Part shown: positions 60,905 to 64,000 of the stretch, one piece after another
How positions within the stretch are numbered: the stretch's first letter is position 1
Layout: every line of letters starts with the position of its first letter
Source of the DNA: Geosiphon pyriformis uo1
Lineage: Eukaryota; Fungi; Glomeromycota
NCBI GenBank assembly: GCA_016748015.1
Contig: JAAOMT010000627.1
Coordinates: 1-64,000, forward strand
Direction: 5' to 3'
Length of the DNA stretch: 64,000 bases
Program-made: the position numbers and the translations under genes
The notes under the pieces: generated by a model
What the model was told of the DNA's origin: nothing
Seen by the model: the letters and a program-made list of their open reading frames with translations, nothing else
The model's database searches: none

Positions 60905-63900
60905 AAAACTTCTTTCTCTCTTACTCCCAAAAACCCCAACAAGTTTTTTTTCTGAAGAAGAAGTTTTTGTTTTTCTTTTATTAGTATTATATTAATATTT
61001 CTTTAACTAATAACTCTTTTGTCATGGATTCAAAGGCTGCTTCTAGTGGCAGCATGTCTAGTAAAAAGGCTTTTAAGAGCATGTTTCATGATCCTGTCAG
61101 TGGTTCCTTTTCACAAAAAAAGAAGGCTTTTCTTGGTAATGTTAAACACTTTGGTGATGAAAAAGATATTTTTTTGAAGTCTGGTTCTAGTGCTAGTGTA
61201 TATTCTGATGTAGAAAGCCTTTCTGGTGATGATGAGGATGTCAGTATGTCTGGTGGTTTTGATGATTCTCTCTTAAACTCGGCTGTTAACACTCCCAAGA
61301 CTAAACATGTAAATACTAGTGCAAATTTTGGTTCTCCTATTGGTTCTCCTAACTTTAAGATGAATGAAGAGGTAAAGCCTCTTCTGCTCCCCCTTATGAA
61401 AAAGGTTCCTTTGGATAAGATTTGGATTGATCTCAAAATCATCAAAACTTCTGTGAAGGTGGCAGTTAAGAAATCTTTTGCCTTGGATATCAATCTTTCA
61501 GCTGTTAAAGGCAATTCGGCGACGGCAAAAACTCAATTAATCAGGAAGATTTTTTCAAAGATCAATGGTTTTGGGGGGGCCACTACCCCCTCAAAATTTG
61601 AAGAGATCATTCGATCAACGTTTACATCTAAGGAGAGCATGAGAAAAGCTGTGTCATTGGCCGATAAAAAAGGGATTGTCGTAAACAATGATGTGAAGAA
61701 AAAAGGACTTCATTCAGATCAAGCTGTGGTGATCAAAGAAATTCCCATGAATATGCCAAAAGAAATGATCATTGCTGCAGTTTCTAAGTTTGGGCAAATT
61801 AAGTCGATCAAAATCTAATTGATCGGTATGTCACAGAAGGCTGTAGTGGAATTCGTCATTTCAGATCAGGCTGTGCAATTGGCTTTAAGATGGTCATTTC
61901 TAATTGGAAAAGATTCAGTTCGTGTGGCCATGGCCATGGAAGATTGTGATACATGGGCTTTAAGAGATTAGTTTAGAGTGCTGTTGTTTACTTTGCCAGT
62001 GCGAACAACTGCACACAATCTTGGCAATCTTTTGGAGAAGGCTGGTGGAAAAACTTGCATCATCAATCATTCATTGGAAACTGGCAATAGATTTTATTGT
62101 GCTGTGGTCTGTTTTGAATCTGATGAAGCTATGGAATCAGCTTTTTGCACGGAGCCAATTTTTGGTGGTGTGAAACTCTCATGGGCTAAGTTGGATTTAG
62201 TTCACTGTAAATGGTGTGGGAAGTTTGGTCATTCTGTTTTGGAATGTAATGTTGGGGTTGTGTCAGCTTCTCAGTCGTTCAAGTCATTTAAAAAGCCTGC
62301 TAACTTGAATACTCATCTACAGTTGGCCAAATTATATGCTAAAAAAAAGGTTCCAATCTCTTATCCTGTTGCTTTTGGAGGCAAATCCTGGGCCTAAGTG
62401 GTCTCAGTTGCTTCAGCCTCTTATGGTTCTCATGATGGCTCTGGTTCTGGTTCTCTGCCCTTTGGTGCTTCAGGTTCTGGTGGTACCCCTCCCCCTCTTT
62501 CTATGGTCAATTCCCCCTTGGGTACATGTTTGGCACGTCTGGAACGCTCTGTAGAGCTCTTATCTAATCGAATTTCAAACATTCTTCTTTGTCTTAACAA
62601 TCTCAGTTTGGTGCTTTTGGCTCCTCATTTTAGTGTGATTCCTTCTGTGGGTACTTTTTACTCATCTGTCTCTGATTCTCTTATGGTTGCTGATTCTGAC
62701 TTGAGTTCCAACATGGTGTTAGATGTTCCTTTAATTCAGCCTATTTTTCTCTCTTCTGGCAATGACAATTTTCAATTGGGTCTGAGCAGTTCCAAGGTGC
62801 TAACTTTTAAAGTTGGCATTTTAGAGTCGAAATTGGTTGCCCTCGATGCTTCTATTGGCTCAATTTTGGCGAAGTTAGAGCAGATGTGTGCTGGTTCAGG
62901 TCCTCTGGTTCTTTCCTCATCTCAATAACCAGTTATATTTGGAAAATTGCCATGTGCAATGTTAGGGGAATAAACAATCCTGCAAAGCAGGATGATATAG
63001 TTTGTTGGCACAAGGACATGGGCAATTTGGTTTCTATTTTTACTGAGACAAAGTTGAAGGATAAGGTTTGTCCCTAGATTATCAACAAGTTTGATGGTGT
63101 TCAGGTGTTTATCTCTGGTTTGGATTCTGGATATCTGGGTGCTGGTGTAGTGGTTGTCATGGACTCTTCTTTGACAAGGCATGTGTGCAAGGTTTCTGAA
63201 GTGCCTGGCCAGCTTCTGTCTGTTAAATTACTTTTCAAGAATAAGCTCTCAGTGTCAATTCTGGGGCTTTACGCTGGTGCTTCTTCGGTGGTATGGTTTT
63301 CTCAGGCTGATGAGATCAACTCTCTTATTGTGAGGGCTGTTAACGAATCTTTATTTGTCATTCTCGGGGGTGATTTTAATGAAGACGGTTCTCATAAGAG
63401 TGTGAGTTTCAAAAAATGCTTTGATTTGGGTTTGGTCAATGCGATAGCGAATCGTGGGGTTTTAAATGTCAGTAAGCATTTTGACATGGACCATCAAGCT
63501 GTTTCAGTGTCTTTGAGTTTGGGTGGACTTTTGGATATGTGCTTGAATTCTCTTTACACACAAATGAATAGAGATCATTGGAAGTTTGACATCAAGAGTG
63601 CCAATGAAGCTAGGTGGTTGGAGTTCAAAGATGCTTTGGCTGTTAATGCCTTTATGTTCTCGGATGCTTTTGGTGTGGCAGTGAGATTTTCAGATATGAA
63701 CGCTATGTGGAACATTGTTCGCAAGGTCATGGTTTTTTCAGTGGGTAGTACATTTAAGAAAAAATGGTTTAGAGGTTTTGATGGTGTGTTTACCAAGACT
63801 TCCTCTAGGTTTCACAAGCTGGAGCTGCTGGTTTCTAAGTTGGTTAAGGCTTCGCGTTTGGATTCTAGTGATGGTTTTGCTTCTTTGTTGGAGGTATGAC

Positions 63901-64000
63901 ACAGACTTGACTCCTTTAATGCATCGGTAGTTAAGTTTCTGTTTCTTTCAGGTTCTAATTTTGATCTTATTTGTTCTGCACTGGCCAAAGCAAGAAAATT
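60905..64000 (+). mobile_element. Younger LINE copy, 5' part (5' UTR, ORF1 61024-62928, start of ORF2 from 62925)
   Basis: 5' end AAAACTTCTTTC. ORF1 has CKWCGKFGHSVLEC and three premature stops in one frame. ORF2 begins WKIAMCNVRG, ..TETKL, GGDFN. Confidence 0.93.

Overview
Eukaryotic, very AT-rich fungal DNA. The intron style and the TE protein families suggest Glomeromycota, possibly Geosiphon-like; this is from recollection and was not searched. Bases 1 to ~52,100 and ~59,800 to 64,000 are a nest of dead retroelements. These are at least three families (called A, B, C here) of non-chromoviral Ty3/Gypsy LTR retrotransposons (TGTTAC...GTAACA ends, 4-bp TSDs), their solo LTRs, and four copies of a LINE with ORF1 and an APE-RT-RNaseH ORF2. 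Target-site duplications resolve a four-level nest: A' (from 8482) contains C (9526-35196); C's 3' LTR is split by B (9559-19751) and a LINE (19885-27657); the LINE holds a solo A LTR (24794-25764). A CpG-retaining island (~52.2-59.7 kb) carries three intact intron-containing genes: a small SET-domain protein, a PZP/PHD-finger protein (PHF14/AF10-like) and a TMEM41/VTT protein. Three things stand out. (1) The Gypsy elements look 'complex': all three families carry a homologous non-env ORF3 between integrase and PPT plus a family-specific array of CpG-centred palindromic motifs in U3, and A' and B also have a Cys-rich domain and dUTPase inside pol. (2) Repeats show near transition-only C:G>T:A hypermutation in CpG and non-CpG contexts (RIP-like) that increases with nesting age. 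(3) The LINEs have an ATGA stop/start overlap between ORF1 and ORF2. All alignments and translations were done by eye; coordinates in the most degenerate regions are approximate.
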